A stretch of DNA of 63,996 nucleotides, the filler included, from a bacterium (lineage in GTDB: Bacteria; UBA9089; CG2-30-40-21; SBAY01): NCBI GenBank assembly GCA_040757115.1. It is 6 parts of 6 records of this genome, joined end to end, with 100 filler letters (N's around TTAATTAATTAA, not from the genome) between each part and the next. Parts side by side here need not be neighbours in the genome. Positions count along the whole stretch, not along the records: positions 59,882 to 63,996 come from JBFLYA010000302.1; 5 more parts are not named here. One strand, written 5' to 3'. The notes below the pieces were generated by a model. That model did not search any database and was not told the DNA's origin. It saw only the letters and a program-made list of their open reading frames with translations. A program made the translations under genes and the position numbers. Of the stretch, positions 63,436-63,996 are shown in pieces. Every line of letters starts with the position of its first letter. Positions within the stretch are counted from its first letter, which is position 1.

Positions 63436-63686
63436 TAGGGTTCTGCAAAATAGGATTTGGGGGAGATAACTGAGAGTTAGACCTGAAATTAAATCAAAAA
63501 TCAAATATCAAAATGCAAAATTACAAATCAAATTTCAAGTTGATAGTTGATAGTTTATAGTTGATAGTTGAAGGACTATAGACTATAAACTATAAACGAG
63601 TTTTGCATTTTGCTCTTTGGAGGAAATCCCTTTTGGACACCAAATCTGCATAGATTTCACTATTAGAGTTATTTTCAGACACCACC
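63436..63686. mobile_element. Partial GGTGGTGTCT-family MITE (heptamer interior, four-helix relic deleted)
   Basis: Matches 8946-9357 with internal deletions; right end AGACACCACC. Confidence 0.7.
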
Positions 63687-63735
63687 AAATTTTCTTAGGC
63701 TTATTTTTTTACCAAAAGTTCTTCTATTTCTTTAA

Positions 63736-63872
63736 CCCAAGTTCGCCGCTTAAAAAAATAAGTCTTGTATTATCAACAACTTACAGAGCAGAGAGGTTGA
63801 GTTTTGGCACTACAGTATGAATCCCCACAAAATGATTTGACTGTTTTCCCTGGTTGATAAGGTAACTCCAGG
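63736..63872 (-). mobile_element. IS1634 right-end fragment
   Basis: Reverse complement of about 31305-31440. Confidence 0.85.
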
Positions 63873-63873
63873 A

Positions 63874-63996
63874 GTAAGCGTTCAGGTGGTGTAACAAAAG
63901 GAGATGTGGAGATTAAGGAGATAGGGAGATATTATTAAAAAAATTGAAATTAATAGAAACTAATAGAAATTTATGGAAATTTGTTGTTTTCCACAA
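63874..63996. mobile_element. ~236-bp IS66-type MITE (runs off the window)
   Basis: GTAAGCGTTCAGGTGGTGTAAC... end. Confidence 0.8.

Noticed and set aside
1742-63996. GTAAC...GTTAC elements as attC sites
   Set aside because: Perfect 8-bp TSDs and GTAA termini fit IS66-type transposition, and no L-box bulge architecture is present.
1-63996. tRNA or rRNA genes
   Set aside because: No cloverleaf/T-loop or rRNA-like segment was recognised.

Overview
Low-GC bacterial genome window, probably a metagenome-assembled diderm anaerobe from a candidate lineage (taxonomy cannot be established from the sequence alone). Six 100-bp assembly gaps interrupt it, five containing an artificial TTAATTAATTAA linker, so adjacency across gaps is uncertain. 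Housekeeping and envelope genes include a PorV-like/TPR protein, a YfhO-type GT-C, an EF-G paralog, tldD/pmbA, ribD, proA, nadD, hisG, a DegT aminotransferase, secD/secF, a LarA-like protein, dxr, rseP, two O-antigen-ligase/TPR proteins, an epimerase, a GT4 and a large secreted Zn-protease with 531-bp tandem repeats. Accessory DNA includes an integrase-less attC cassette array rich in toxin-antitoxin genes (5.2-7.6 kb), a two-methylase type II R-M system inserted between proA and nadD, an Rpn nuclease, an orphan CheY/pseudo-CheY/CheC module and IS remnants. The intergenic space is the most striking part: it is packed with nested non-autonomous elements. These are (i) IS66-type GTAA...TTAC MITEs with 8-bp TSDs and many unrelated interiors, (ii) GG-ended MITEs with 8-bp TSDs, (iii) short-period (7-9 nt) inverted tandem-repeat arms around relics of four-helix-bundle and GxxExxY genes, and (iv) the best candidate for an undescribed system: two cassette-like arrays (47.0-47.5 kb and 61.0-61.6 kb). 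In these, shared non-coding modules occur in shuffled order between covarying ATTTTCA...TGAAAAT hairpins, and the arrays appear to have integrated precisely at the Shine-Dalgarno core AGGAGA of downstream genes.
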